In this document: positions 8,051-17,596 of the stretch, piece after piece | How the letters are laid out: every line of letters begins with the position of its first letter | Numbering within the stretch: position 1 is the stretch's first letter | Source: Desulfobulbus propionicus DSM 2032 | GTDB lineage: Bacteria; Desulfobacterota; Desulfobulbia; Desulfobulbales; Desulfobulbaceae | NCBI RefSeq assembly: GCF_000186885.1 | Contig: NC_014972.1 | Coordinates: 450,001 to 482,000 of the forward strand | Reading direction: 5' to 3' | Length of the DNA: 32,000 nucleotides | Position numbers and translations under genes: made by a program | Notes under the pieces: generated by a model | Databases searched by the model: none | What the model was told of the DNA's origin: nothing | The model's input: the letters and a program-made list of their open reading frames with translations, nothing else

Positions 8051-9913
8051 TTGGCTTCAATACCAGCAAATCCAGAAACCGAACCCCCCTCACTCGTCTC
8101 GCCGCTGTCGGCCGAATTTCTCGCCACGGTCAGCCACGGACCGGGGATCTATCAGATGCTCAGCAAGAAGCAGGTGCTGTATGTGGGCAAGGCGCGCGAC
8201 TTGCGCAAGCGGCTGAGCCAGTACGCCCACTTCTCCGGGCCGATCCACTCCAAGACCGCGGTCATGCTCTCGCATGTGCAGCGGGTGGAGACCATCCTCA
8301 CCACCACCGAAAAGGAGGCGCTCATCCTCGAGGCCTCGCTGATCAAGCAGCACCGGCCGCGCTATAACGTCATCCTCCGCGACGACAAGAACTACCCGCT
8401 GATCAAGGTCACCACCCGCGATCCCTGGCCCCGGGTGGTGGTCACCCGCAAGCGGCTGCGCGACGGCAACCGCTACTTCGGCCCCTACGCCTCGGGTACA
8501 GCCATGCGCGCCACCCTGCAACTGCTCTATGCCCAGTTTCCCCTGCGCCGCTGCAAGACGGTGCGTGAGCGGACCCGCCCCTGCCTCAACTTCCAGATGG
8601 GCCGTTGTCTTGCCCCCTGCGCGGGCCTGGTCGACCACGCCGAGTACCAGCGGATGGTGCGCGACGTGCTCCTGATTCTGGAGGGCAAGGTCGATGAGGT
8701 GGTGCGTGAGTTGACCGCCAAGATGGAGCAGGCCGCCGAGCAGCTGGCCTTTGAGAAGGCGGCCCGGTATCGCGACCAAATCCGGGGGCTAACCCGAACC
8801 ATCGAGCACCAGGCCGTTGTTGCCGACCATCATCTTGACCAGGACGTGTTCGGCATCCACCGTCAGGATGCCTCGGTGGGCATTGCCCTGCTCTTTGTGC
8901 GCGGCGGCATGATCACCGGCGCGCAGAGTTTTTTTCTTGCCGATCCGCTGGGCGAGGACGACAGCCTGCTGGCCCAGACCATTCTCCAATACTATTCGGT
9001 CGAACGCCAGCCACCGCGCGAGTTGCTGCTGCCCTTTGTCCTGGAAGACCGGGATTTGATCGGCGAGCGGCTGGCCGAACTGCGCGAAGGGCCGGTGTCG
9101 CTCTTGGCCCCGCAGCGCGGCAAACGGATGCAACTGATGCGGATGGCCGAAGCCAACGCGGCCCAGATTTTTTCGGAGAAGGCCAAGAAGGAGCAATCCT
9201 GGGAAGCCCTGGCCACCGGACTCCAGGCCAAGCTGCGGCTCGCCAATCGGCCGGAGATCATCGAATGCCTCGATATCTCCAACCTCCAGGGCAAACAGGC
9301 GGTCGGCTCCCTGGTCTGTTTTGTTCAGGGGGACAAAGCGGCCAAGCGCTTTCGTCACTACCGCATCCGCTCCCAGGACACCCCCGACGATTACGCCATG
9401 ATGCGCGAGGTGCTGGAACGACGGATGGCCAAGGGGGTTGCCGAGGACAACCTGCCCGACCTGCTGCTGCTCGACGGCGGCAAGGGCCAGTTGCAGGTGG
9501 CTGTCGACGTGCTGGGCGCATTTGACCTGCTGTCGCGGGTCGATCTGATGGCCATTGCCAAGGAAAAGCAGGAGGAGGGGGAAAAACTGTTTCGGCCGGG
9601 GCGCAAGAATCCAGTCCTCCTGCCCGCCCATTCACCGGTGCTGCTGTACCTGATGCGCATCCGCGACGAGGCCCACCGCTTTGGCATCACCTTCCATCGC
9701 AGGCTGCGCGGCAAGGCGCAGTTGCGCTCGCAGCTCGATGCCATCGACGGCATCGGTCCCAAGCGCAAACAGATGCTCCTGCACACCCTGGGCAGCGTCC
9801 GGCGGATAGCCGAGGCCGGCATCGAGGAGCTGGCCGAGGTGCCCGGAATCGGTCCGGAGCTGGCGAAACAGATCTACAGTCAACTGCACGGAGCCGACCA
9901 TGAACCCGGATGA
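8051..9913 (+). CDS. uvrC: Excinuclease ABC subunit C
   Basis: GIY-YIG N-terminus (PGIYQMLSKKQVLYVGKARDLRKRLSQY), UVR domain (FEKAARYRDQI), RNase H-like endonuclease domain and C-terminal (HhH)2 (IDGIGPKRKQMLL..VPGIGPELA). The only classic in-frame start before the GIY motif is TTG 8051. Confidence 0.93.
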   Translation: MASIPANPETEPPSLVSPLSAEFLATVSHGPGIYQMLSKKQVLYVGKARDLRKRLSQYAHFSGPIHSKTAVMLSHVQRVETILTTTEKEALILEASLIKQHRPRYNVILRDDKNYPLIKVTTRDPWPRVVVTRKRLRDGNRYFGPYASGTAMRATLQLLYAQFPLRRCKTVRERTRPCLNFQMGRCLAPCAGLVDHAEYQRMVRDVLLILEGKVDEVVRELTAKMEQAAEQLAFEKAARYRDQIRGLTRTIEHQAVVADHHLDQDVFGIHRQDASVGIALLFVRGGMITGAQSFFLADPLGEDDSLLAQTILQYYSVERQPPRELLLPFVLEDRDLIGERLAELREGPVSLLAPQRGKRMQLMRMAEANAAQIFSEKAKKEQSWEALATGLQAKLRLANRPEIIECLDISNLQGKQAVGSLVCFVQGDKAAKRFRHYRIRSQDTPDDYAMMREVLERRMAKGVAEDNLPDLLLLDGGKGQLQVAVDVLGAFDLLSRVDLMAIAKEKQEEGEKLFRPGRKNPVLLPAHSPVLLYLMRIRDEAHRFGITFHRRLRGKAQLRSQLDAIDGIGPKRKQMLLHTLGSVRRIAEAGIEELAEVPGIGPELAKQIYSQLHGADHEPG

Positions 9914-10109
9914 ACGAACCATGGCCCGGCTCAAGGCCGGCTGCATCTGCAAGGGCGTCAAGCTGATCCGCTTGATCGAGGCCATCGAGAGCGGCGCCAC
10001 CACTGTCGAAGCGGTTCAGAAGGCCTGCGGCATAGGCGATGGCCCCTGCAAGGGCAAACGCTGCGGGGAGAAGGTGCGACAACTGTTGGCGCGGGATCAG
10101 GACCGCTGA
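9900..10109 (+). CDS. BFD-like [2Fe-2S]-binding domain protein
   Basis: CICKGV..I..AI..GATTVEAV..ACGIGDGPCKGKRC matches the Cys spacing of the bacterioferritin-associated-ferredoxin-like domain. ATG 9900 overlaps the uvrC stop by 14 nt. ATG 9921 is an alternative start. Confidence 0.7.
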   Translation: MNPDERTMARLKAGCICKGVKLIRLIEAIESGATTVEAVQKACGIGDGPCKGKRCGEKVRQLLARDQDR

Positions 10110-10214
10110 CCAACAGGGGAGGGGGAGGGCGATCGGGCAGGAAAAAGGGGGCCAGCCTATTGCAGCTGTACCCCCTTGAATGTGCGTCCCGGCGGCATCA
10201 CCGAACGGAACGGA

Positions 10215-10424
10215 TCACCAATTGCCTTTGCCGATGATCTGGCTCACATCGACGCAGTGACTCGCTTCTTCCTCGCTTAATTCCTCTTTCTTTTTGATGA
10301 ATTTTATATCCTTGAATTGGCAGGCATATTCTTTTCCATCCTTATCCCTGATCCAGACCATCTCTTCGTATCCAAGACCTGTCTTGCCGCCCTTTTGCTG
10401 GGAGTCTTTTACCTCTTCGCTCAT
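10215..10424 (-). CDS. Small acidic hypothetical protein (69 aa)
   Basis: The ORF sits in a locally low-GC segment. An internal ATG at 10424 is preceded by GGAGGAG, so I prefer it to the track start at 10436. No family recognised (MSEEVKDSQQKGGKTGLGYEEMVWIRDKDGKEYACQF..). Confidence 0.5.
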   Translation of the reverse strand: MSEEVKDSQQKGGKTGLGYEEMVWIRDKDGKEYACQFKDIKFIKKKEELSEEEASHCVDVSQIIGKGNW

Positions 10425-10804
10425 GTTCTCCTCCATGCTTCGTTCTTTGCTTCAATGTTGACCAACGCCCAACCATATTGGATAATTGATAAAAAAACCA
10501 ATATTTTCTAAACGCCCGCCAAAAAATGGTGGTTCGTGCAGCCGTGGCATGCGCATCGTTGACGGCCACGGTCCTTGTTTCCGCGATTCTTGGGGCTCGG
10601 GGCAGGGCATGGTGAGCAGGAAAGGCATCAAATCAACTCCTTGAGATTTTGCCAATCGCCCCCCACACTAGAAAAATTCTCCTGCGGGAGAGTGCTGGTT
10701 GCGCCAGACGGGCGATTTCCGTGACAGGCCGGTCTTGCGGGGTTCGATGTCTGCCACGCCTTGTTTATCTTGAACATGCAATTTGATCAGAAAGGAGAAG
10801 CACG

Positions 10805-11266
10805 ATGTATATCTTGGAAAGAGAGCAGCGGGTAAGCGCCAGCCGCGAGCAGGCCTGGGCCTTTTTGCAGCATCCGGCCAATCTCGATCGGATCACTCCG
10901 CCGGACCTGCGCTTTCGTATTGTCACCGACATTCCGGACAGCATGCACGACGGCCTGATCGTCGAATACCGGATCACCATCCCCCTGATCGGCACCCACA
11001 CTTGGGTGACCGAGATCAAGCACATCCGCGAGGGACACAGCTTTGTCGACGAGCAGCGGCTCGGGCCGTACCGCTTCTGGTATCACTACCATGAAATCCG
11101 TCCAACGGAAGAGGGGGTGTTGCTGCTCGACCGGGTCTTCTACCAGCCGCCGCTGGGTCTGCTCGGGCGGTTGCTGCACCGGCTCTACATCCGCCGGACT
11201 CTGGAGCGGATCTTCGACTACCGGCGGGAGCGATTGGCCTTCTACCTGTCGAACACCGGATATTAG
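10805..11266 (+). CDS. SRPBCC (START/cyclase-dehydrase fold) family protein, COG4276-like
   Basis: AAAGGAGAAG RBS. The sequence W.FL..P.NL..ITPP....I.........G..I.Y.I....G....W.TEI........F.DEQ..GPY..W.H.H.F resembles the conserved uncharacterised SRPBCC family. Confidence 0.75.
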   Translation: MYILEREQRVSASREQAWAFLQHPANLDRITPPDLRFRIVTDIPDSMHDGLIVEYRITIPLIGTHTWVTEIKHIREGHSFVDEQRLGPYRFWYHYHEIRPTEEGVLLLDRVFYQPPLGLLGRLLHRLYIRRTLERIFDYRRERLAFYLSNTGY

Positions 11267-11886
11267 TTGTTGAGCTTGCGTTTGCGGGCCGCCAGCCGCG
11301 ACCGGACAAACCAGCCGAGGCCGATCACCGCCAGCACGATGATGACGATATCCACCTGGTGGGAATACTTCTGGACCACGGTCCAGTGCTCACGCAGCCG
11401 CATGCCCAGGTAGAGGAGAAAGCCGTTCCACAGGGTGGCACCGATGGTCGACACCAGCATGAACGGCAGCAGCGGCATTTTGCCCATGCCGGCGGGGATG
11501 GAGATGAAGTGGCGGATCACCGGAATGAAACGGGCAAGAAAGACAGTGAGCAATCCCTGGCGCTGGTTGAAATAGCGCTCGGTCAGGGCCAGATCGTGGG
11601 GATTGAGCAGCAGATATTTGCCGACCTTGAGCACCACCGGCTTGCCGCCGTAATAGCCCATCCAGTAGGAGGCCAGCGAGCCGGCTAGCGAGCCGAGACT
11701 GGTGGACAACAGGGCCAGCCACAGGTTCCATTTGCCGTCGGTGACCAGGAAGCCGACAAAGGGCATGACCGCCTCGCTCGGCACGGGCGCGATCATGCTT
11801 TCCAGGGCCATGAGGATGAAGGCGCCGGCATAGGCAGTGGTTTCCAGGATGCGGACGGCGATGGTGCTGATCAGTTCGGTAATCAT
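11263..11886 (-). CDS. DedA/SNARE-associated family membrane protein
   Basis: ESMIAPVPSEAVMPFVGFL, then YYGGKPVV, then FLARFIPVIRHFISIPAGMGKMP, plus multiple TM segments. These are DedA family hallmarks. Confidence 0.85.
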   Translation of the reverse strand: MITELISTIAVRILETTAYAGAFILMALESMIAPVPSEAVMPFVGFLVTDGKWNLWLALLSTSLGSLAGSLASYWMGYYGGKPVVLKVGKYLLLNPHDLALTERYFNQRQGLLTVFLARFIPVIRHFISIPAGMGKMPLLPFMLVSTIGATLWNGFLLYLGMRLREHWTVVQKYSHQVDIVIIVLAVIGLGWFVRSRLAARKRKLNN

Positions 11887-11895
11887 GACGGTTCG

Positions 11896-12696
11896 TTAGC
11901 GAAGGAAATAGAGGAGGGCAATGGCCCCGAAGATCACCCGGTACCAGGCAAAGACCTTGAAATCGTGGTGCGCCACATAGCGGATCAGTCCCTTGATCGC
12001 CAGCAGGGCACTGAAAAAGGCGGTGACAAAACCGACGGCAAAGAAGGCCAGATCCTGCTGGGCCAAGGTGTGCCACGACTTGTAGACATCGTACCCGGTG
12101 GCGAGAAACATGGTGGGAATGGCGAGGAAAAAGGAGAACTCCGTGGCCGCCTTGCGCGACAGGCCACAAAACATGCCGCCGATGATCGTTGCCCCGGAGC
12201 GCGAGGTGCCGGGAATCAGTGATACCACCTGGGCCAGGCCGAGCTTGAGGGCATCCGGCCACTCCATTTGTTCGACCTCGGTGATCCGCGGCACGCGCTC
12301 ACGCCGCTCCACCCAGAAAATGATCAGCCCGCCGACGATCAGGGCCACGGCCACCACCACTGGGTTGAACAGATGCGCCTTGATCAGCTTGTGCAGCAAC
12401 AGGCCAAACACCGCCGAGGGCAGCACGCCGACAATCAGGTTGAGGGCAAACTTGCGGGCGCTTGCCTCGTGGCCCAGACCGGTCATCACCCGTAGCAACC
12501 GCTGCCGGTACAGCCAGCAGACCGAGAGGATGGCTCCGAGCTGAATGCAGATCTCAAAGGTCTTGGCCTGTTCACCGGTATAGGCCAGCAGGTCGCCGGC
12601 AATGATCAGGTGGCCGGTGGAGGAGATGGGTAAAAATTCGGTCAAGCCTTCGACCACGCCAAGTATAACGCTTTGGATCAGCGCGAGAATTTCCAT
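11896..12696 (-). CDS. uppP: Undecaprenyl-diphosphate phosphatase
   Basis: [32 protein letters not shown].. and [13 protein letters not shown] are the BacA/UppP signature motifs. The start was moved to ATG 12696, because the track start at 12762 adds an Arg-rich non-homologous extension. Confidence 0.9.
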   Translation of the reverse strand: MEILALIQSVILGVVEGLTEFLPISSTGHLIIAGDLLAYTGEQAKTFEICIQLGAILSVCWLYRQRLLRVMTGLGHEASARKFALNLIVGVLPSAVFGLLLHKLIKAHLFNPVVVAVALIVGGLIIFWVERRERVPRITEVEQMEWPDALKLGLAQVVSLIPGTSRSGATIIGGMFCGLSRKAATEFSFFLAIPTMFLATGYDVYKSWHTLAQQDLAFFAVGFVTAFFSALLAIKGLIRYVAHHDFKVFAWYRVIFGAIALLYFLR

Positions 12697-12851
12697 GATG
12701 CACACAACTCCGAGGAACAGTAGGGACGTGTCCGCCCTGCGATGGGTGAAGCGAAAACGCAAACGGTCGGCAAAAGTCTCCTGCTGTTACCCAAACGATG
12801 GCCCCCTGTCAAGCAGAGACGGTTCGGCGTCCCGCCGTTGCGCGGGGGCGA

Positions 12852-13934
12852 TCAATCGCCATTGCTTCCCCGGCTGTCCAGATAGGGCTGATATTCGCGC
12901 ACATACATGTCGGAAAGGGTGAGAAAGGCGGTGACTGCCAGCGGGCCGTAAATGATGCCCAGCACGCCGGAGATGCTCATGCCGCCGATAATCGAAAGCA
13001 GCACCAGAATGGGCGGCAGCTGGGCCTGGGCGCCGACGAATTTCGGTTTGAACATGTATTCGATGAACACGGTCAGGAACAGATAAAAAACAAGGGTGAC
13101 CACGGCCTGCCAGAACTTGCCTTTGAGAAAGAAAATCAGCGTGGTCGGCAGGAGCACCAGGCCGACCCCGAGAATGGGCAGGAAGGCGAGCACCCCCATC
13201 ACCACCCCCCAGAGCACCGGCGACACCAAGCCCATCGCCGCGAAAAATATGCCTCCCAACACCCCCTGGATAAGGCCGCTCAGACCGTTGCCGATCAGGA
13301 TGGTGCCGGCGATGGAGGAAAATTTGTCGATCAGCAGCCTGTTTTGCGCTTCGGGCAGCGGCGACAGCTTGAGCAGGAAGGCGGTCAGCCGGTGGTATTC
13401 AATCAACAGAAAATAGATGCAGACGATCAGGATGCAAAAATCGAAGAAAAATCGCATGATGTCGGTCGCCCAGGTCGACACCTGGCGGGAGGCGAACAGG
13501 CCGGCGGTGGTCAGCAGCCGGGTCATCAGCTCGGGGATATTGGCCACCTCGAAATTGATGCCGAAATCCGCCAGCAGCTCTCCGGTTCGTTGGATCAGCG
13601 TGCTGTTTTGCAGGGTCTGCTGCAAAAGCGCGAAGATATCGGTCCGCCTGCCCAGCTGGATCACAGCCGGAATCTCGGCGGAGATGGATTTGATGCAATA
13701 CATCAACGGCAAAAAGACACACAGGGTGATCAGGGTGCAGGTGAGGGCCGCGGCCACCCAGGGCCTGGTTTTGGAGCTCAGGCGGCTGTAGGCCGGATGA
13801 AAGATGCTGGCCAGGAAAAAGGCGACGAACAGCTGATTCCAGAAGGGCCAAAGCACCACCCCGAGCATCAGCAAGGCGAGGAGGAAAATAAAGAGAAAGG
13901 TGATTCGCTGAAGAGGGGGAAGGGATGACGTCAT
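12852..13934 (-). CDS. AI-2E family transporter (PerM/UPF0118 permease)
   Basis: 360-aa polytopic membrane protein with the typical AI-2E layout: several N-terminal TM segments, a soluble insertion, and a C-terminal TM bundle (..GLIQGVLGGIFFAAMGL..PILGVGLVLLP..). Confidence 0.8.
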   Translation of the reverse strand: MTSSLPPLQRITFLFIFLLALLMLGVVLWPFWNQLFVAFFLASIFHPAYSRLSSKTRPWVAAALTCTLITLCVFLPLMYCIKSISAEIPAVIQLGRRTDIFALLQQTLQNSTLIQRTGELLADFGINFEVANIPELMTRLLTTAGLFASRQVSTWATDIMRFFFDFCILIVCIYFLLIEYHRLTAFLLKLSPLPEAQNRLLIDKFSSIAGTILIGNGLSGLIQGVLGGIFFAAMGLVSPVLWGVVMGVLAFLPILGVGLVLLPTTLIFFLKGKFWQAVVTLVFYLFLTVFIEYMFKPKFVGAQAQLPPILVLLSIIGGMSISGVLGIIYGPLAVTAFLTLSDMYVREYQPYLDSRGSNGD

Positions 13935-14144
13935 GAACGCTCCTGATGCGTTGGGGTGTGGACCGGTGATGCACCGGAGAAAGAAGTATTGCCGCCATTG
14001 TAAAAACCCAGCGTCTTTTGCGCCAGTCTATTGTCGAACAAATCAGGCTGGATTCGGCTGCCGGAAGCGGTTGCGGCCAGGAAAATCGCAGGCTGCATCG
14101 GGTGGGATTTCCGCTCTTTCCTTCGCGGCAAACCGGGAAAAGGC

Positions 14145-14173
14145 TTGCAAGAGGATAGCGAATGGTGTAGATA
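14145..14173 (+). promoter_or_regulatory. Candidate promoter of tRNA-Pro
   Basis: TTGCAA (14145-14150), 17-nt spacer, TAGATA (14168-14173), about 30 nt upstream of the tRNA 5' end. Confidence 0.35.
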
Positions 14174-14205
14174 ACTTTTCCTCCTGTCCGCATGAGTACA
14201 ACCGT

Positions 14206-14283
14206 CGGGGCGTAGCGCAGCCTGGTTAGCGCGCCTGCCTTGGGAGCAGGAGGTCGAGTGTTCGAATCACTCCGCCCCGACCA
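14206..14283 (+). tRNA. tRNA-Pro (anticodon UGG), CCA encoded
   Basis: Hand-folded cloverleaf: CGGGGCG/TA/GCGC-AGCCTGGTTA-GCGC/G/CCTGC-CTTGGGA-GCAGG/AGGTC/GAGTG-TTCGAAT-CACTC/CGCCCCG/A/CCA. Confidence 0.93.
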
Positions 14284-14303
14284 GTTGTAAAGAGTAAATA
14301 ATC

Positions 14304-14336
14304 AAGGGTTTACCGGTTTCCGGTGAACCCTTTTTT
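14304..14336 (+). terminator. Rho-independent terminator of tRNA-Pro
   Basis: AAGGGTT-T-ACCGG-TTT-CCGGT-G-AACCCTT hairpin running into T6 (14331-14336). Confidence 0.85.
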
Positions 14337-14414
14337 ATTGTCGCTATCTCAACGGGGTACAAAATCACCTCCGCTTGGAAAGGAATAATCCTGCCGCCTC
14401 TTGCGTTAATTTTT

Positions 14415-14615
14415 TTTCGCTCGGAGGAGGTGCAGAATTTTGTGGCCGAAACCAAGGGAAAACTGCGGCTTTTCTACTTGCCGCCTTACTCGCCGGAACT
14501 CAATCCCGACGAGTTGGTGTGGAACTTTTGCCTGAAAATCGCCCTTCCAAGCCTTTCATGGCTGTTACCTGAGATTGCCGATAGAGTGCAAATAAATTTC
14601 GGTGTTGGTCAGTGA
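14415..14615 (+). pseudogene. IS630-family DDE transposase C-terminal remnant
   Basis: Translation is ..EEVQNFVAETKGKLRLFYLPPYSPELNPDELVWN... LPPYSPELNP-E-VW is the conserved motif around the catalytic E of IS630/Tc1-type transposases. Only about 60 codons remain, there is no N-terminal part, and the sequence diverges after VWN. Confidence 0.7.
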
Positions 14616-14680
14616 CTTATGACAAAGAATCTTGGAAATCGTTTCCTTGTCATAAGGAACTCTTTTTGCTTACTCCTTGA

Positions 14681-14714
14681 AATAAAAAAGGGTTCTTGAA
14701 AAAATCAAGAACCC
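14681..14714 (-). terminator. Rho-independent terminator of tRNA-Val
   Basis: On the minus strand: GGGTTCTTGA-TTTTT-TCAAGAACCC (10-bp perfect stem) followed by TTTTTTATT, starting 15 nt after the tRNA 3' end. Confidence 0.85.
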
Positions 14715-14728
14715 CGTCAAATTTCATT

Positions 14729-14803
14729 TGGTGGGCGATACAGGATTTGAACCTGTGACTTCCACCGTGTGAAGGTGGCACTCTCCCGCTGAGTTAATCG
14801 CCC
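14729..14803 (-). tRNA. tRNA-Val (anticodon CAC), CCA encoded
   Basis: Reverse complement folds as GGGCGAT/TA/ACTC-AGCGGGA-GAGT/G/CCACC-TTCACAC-GGTGG/AAGTC/ACAGG-TTCAAAT-CCTGT/ATCGCCC/A/CCA. Confidence 0.92.
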
Positions 14804-15235
14804 CAAGGTAGGCTGTAATTTATAGAAGGATGAAACTCAAGGCAAGCGATTTTAGCGTCGCGTTCTCCAGAAACGGCTTAATATCAGCAGCGGAACGATT
14901 TTCTGTTTTTTCGTGAAAATGTTTCTGCCTATATGTGATCGCTTATATCCCGCGTGATTTGCTTTCCTCTGCCTGTCCACAGCAAGCTGTATCCCCGGCC
15001 CATTCATCACATCTCTATCCACCGGTTATATGATTTTTCCGGTTAACTTATCGATGACGGCTGAGGCAAGGGCCAGGGGATGCAGAAACGATGACCCGTT
15101 CATCAGCATCATCTATTTGTTTGTCGCACCAATGCAGAATTTAACCAAATGCGGTTGATTCGTTGATGGGCAAAAGATTGGTATAAAATCGTGATATTAT
15201 CGCGCACGCAAGGTGCAAAAAGAGGCAACCTTTCT

Positions 15236-15535
15236 TTACCTCAATTTTTCCCCAGAGGAATTCTTCCAATTTTCTTTAATCCACCTAATCGTTTCCTCTT
15301 GATTTTGTATTTCCTCTGGGAGTTGATCGTGGATCATTTTTTCTACCTTACTTCCAAACCCTTCCACCCCCCATGCGACGTGGTCGGTCAGGGAGCTGAT
15401 AATAAAAAGGACTTCTTGTCCCTCTTTACGGTTAAATTCCGTCGTATCAGGAATTCCAGAAATTCTTGGGTCATCTTTTTTGTACGTGGACCACGCATAC
15501 TCATACATCAAGTCTTCTTTACTAAAGGTATCCAT
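15236..15535 (-). CDS. Hypothetical protein (99 aa) in a low-GC islet
   Basis: Clean ORF with a plausible acidic globular composition (MDTFSKEDLMYEYAWSTYKKDDPRISGIPDTTEFNRKEGQEVLFIISS..). GC is much lower than the surrounding genes. No family recognised. Confidence 0.5.
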   Translation of the reverse strand: MDTFSKEDLMYEYAWSTYKKDDPRISGIPDTTEFNRKEGQEVLFIISSLTDHVAWGVEGFGSKVEKMIHDQLPEEIQNQEETIRWIKENWKNSSGEKLR

Positions 15536-15696
15536 AAAGCCACCTCATGAATTGGGGGGACATCGGTCTGCCTCTTACTTTATTATTGTAAGCACCAATT
15601 TGATGCTGTCTTCCTGTAATGTTTACTCTCCCTAACAATCTGTGCCGTCTCAGCAGAATCTGTGAACACCAATCTGTGCACAGGCCGCTTGCGCCT

Positions 15697-17385
15697 TCAA
15701 TGGGTATTCGTGGTGGTGGAAATGTCATGGTTTGTCTGGGTTTCCGGCGACACTGCTGTCGGCTGCAGGTGGATATCCAGTTGCGGGAAGGGAATTTCGA
15801 TCCCCTCGACCAGGAAACGCTTGTAGATGGCCGTGTTCAACTCATGGGTCAGGCGTCCCTGCACCTGGGGGTGGATGGCCCAGGCCTGCAGTTCGATGTT
15901 GATCGCCGAGGCGCCGAAATTGAGCAGTCGCACCCGTGGCGCCGGATGTTGCATCACCAGTTGGTTGTCGCCCGCCACGTCCAGCAACACCTGTTCGATC
16001 CGGTCGAGATCGGAACCGTAGGCCACCCCCACTTGGATGCGCAACCGGTAGTGGGGTTTGGGCATGCTCTGGTTGACAATTTTTACATTGGTGATCACTG
16101 AATTAGGAATGGTGATCAGGATGTCATCGAGCGTCAGGATGCGGGTGCTACGCATGCCCACGGCCTTGACCTCGCCCCGCTCGCCGTTTTCCAGGACGAT
16201 GAAGTCGCCGGTGCGAAAGGGGCGGTCAAGAAAAATCGAGACCCCGCCGAAAAAGTTGGCCAAGGTCTCGCGGGCGGCGAGCGCCACCGCCACGCCGGCG
16301 ATACCGGCGGAGGTGAAGATCGCCGCCACCGGCAGGCCGAAATAGGTGCCGCCGTGATAAAAGACCACAAAGACCAGGGAAAACGAGAGCAAGCGGCACA
16401 GCAGGCGGATGACGTCGGCATCAAGGGCGTCTTCCTTGATGTGCTGCGAGGTGATGATCCCATTCATGGTCACGCTGCCGGCAACGAGAATGGCCCAAGC
16501 TTGCAGGATCAGGAGGGCGAACTCAAGGCCCATGACAGTGGCTTTGAGGACCGCTCCGGTGATATTGATTTGATGGTCGATGAAGAAGCGGAGAAACAGG
16601 CAGAGCCCCATGGCGGAGAGCGGGGCGAGGAGCAGATGCAGTCGCCAGACGCGGGCGGTTTCCCGGTCCTTGATCGCGCGGTGCCAGCGCAATAGTTTCC
16701 ACAGCAGCATGCCGCCCAGGGTGAGGGCCAGCACCAGGCCGATCCACTGCCACACCGCCTGCTCGACCATTTCCCGCTTCATCCATTGGGGGAGGGCGTT
16801 AATCATTCCACGGGGAATCAGCCAGCCCGGGGTGAAAATGTATTGTTCGTAGATGCCTCCCATGGCGCCGGGTTGGTAGGGCCGATGCCGTATCTTGGTG
16901 TAGAAGGCGTCCAGGCGGGCGATGGTTTCCGGGGCGAACAGAAAATCGTCGGCGCGCGGACCACTGGTCACCTTGGCGATCAGCAGTTCGGTGTGGGGCA
17001 CCCGCCATCTGGCGAGCTGCTGTTGCTTGACCGCGCTGTTATCGGGAATGTCAGACGGGGCGGGCAGAGGGATTCGGTCGAGGATTTCGCGCAGAAGAAG
17101 CACCGATTCCAGGCCGATATCGTTGGCCATGTTGGGTGGGACACTGCTCAGATCGAGGCAGCGCATCGCTTTCTCCAACTCGTCCCGGATCGTGCGGCGA
17201 TCCGCCGATGGCGCCCGCATGGCCTGGACAAAGGCCGTCGAATGGGCGAGAAAACTTTCGAGGGTCGCGCGGGGGCTGGCGGTGTCCACCGGCTCCAGGG
17301 GGAAGGGTTCCGTTCCTCTGGCGGTGGCGGCAAGAATCAGGAGTATGAGCAGAGGGGCGAGCAGACGGGTTGCCACGGAGTGCAT
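15697..17385 (-). CDS. Mechanosensitive ion channel family protein (MscS-type with a large N-terminal periplasmic/TM extension)
   Basis: C-terminal MscS core: ..NFFGGVSIFLDRPFRTGDFIVLENGERGEVKAVGMRSTRILTLDDILITIPNS... The start is set at ATG 17385 (MHSVATRLLAPLLILLILAATARG, signal-like). The track start at 17613 adds 76 non-homologous residues. Confidence 0.88.
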   Translation of the reverse strand: MHSVATRLLAPLLILLILAATARGTEPFPLEPVDTASPRATLESFLAHSTAFVQAMRAPSADRRTIRDELEKAMRCLDLSSVPPNMANDIGLESVLLLREILDRIPLPAPSDIPDNSAVKQQQLARWRVPHTELLIAKVTSGPRADDFLFAPETIARLDAFYTKIRHRPYQPGAMGGIYEQYIFTPGWLIPRGMINALPQWMKREMVEQAVWQWIGLVLALTLGGMLLWKLLRWHRAIKDRETARVWRLHLLLAPLSAMGLCLFLRFFIDHQINITGAVLKATVMGLEFALLILQAWAILVAGSVTMNGIITSQHIKEDALDADVIRLLCRLLSFSLVFVVFYHGGTYFGLPVAAIFTSAGIAGVAVALAARETLANFFGGVSIFLDRPFRTGDFIVLENGERGEVKAVGMRSTRILTLDDILITIPNSVITNVKIVNQSMPKPHYRLRIQVGVAYGSDLDRIEQVLLDVAGDNQLVMQHPAPRVRLLNFGASAINIELQAWAIHPQVQGRLTHELNTAIYKRFLVEGIEIPFPQLDIHLQPTAVSPETQTNHDISTTTNTH

Positions 17386-17596
17386 GGGAATCTCTCTTGT
17401 TGATTCAATCGGGTGCGCGGCGGCTTGGCTGGAGACGTCAGGGACACGCGTTTTCCCTGATCGCAACAACGCAAAAACAGCCGATTCCGATGAAGGTGCC
17501 GCACGCCGCATTTTTCTTGTTACGCTTAGCATGTTTTCCGGTAAAATCATATCGTCAAGCGGCCAGCATTGGCCATGAAACAACCAGAGAGCCGGT

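Noticed and set aside
12798-13928. 376-aa ORF on the plus strand
   Set aside because: It is antisense to the AI-2E permease. It is highly charged Gln/Gly/His/Asp-rich low complexity, with no RBS or family resemblance.
14267-14455. 62-aa minus-strand ORF and 65-aa plus-strand ORF (14375..14572) near tRNA-Pro
   Set aside because: The first overlaps the tRNA-Pro 3' end and its terminator. The second is out of frame with the recognisable IS630 remnant.
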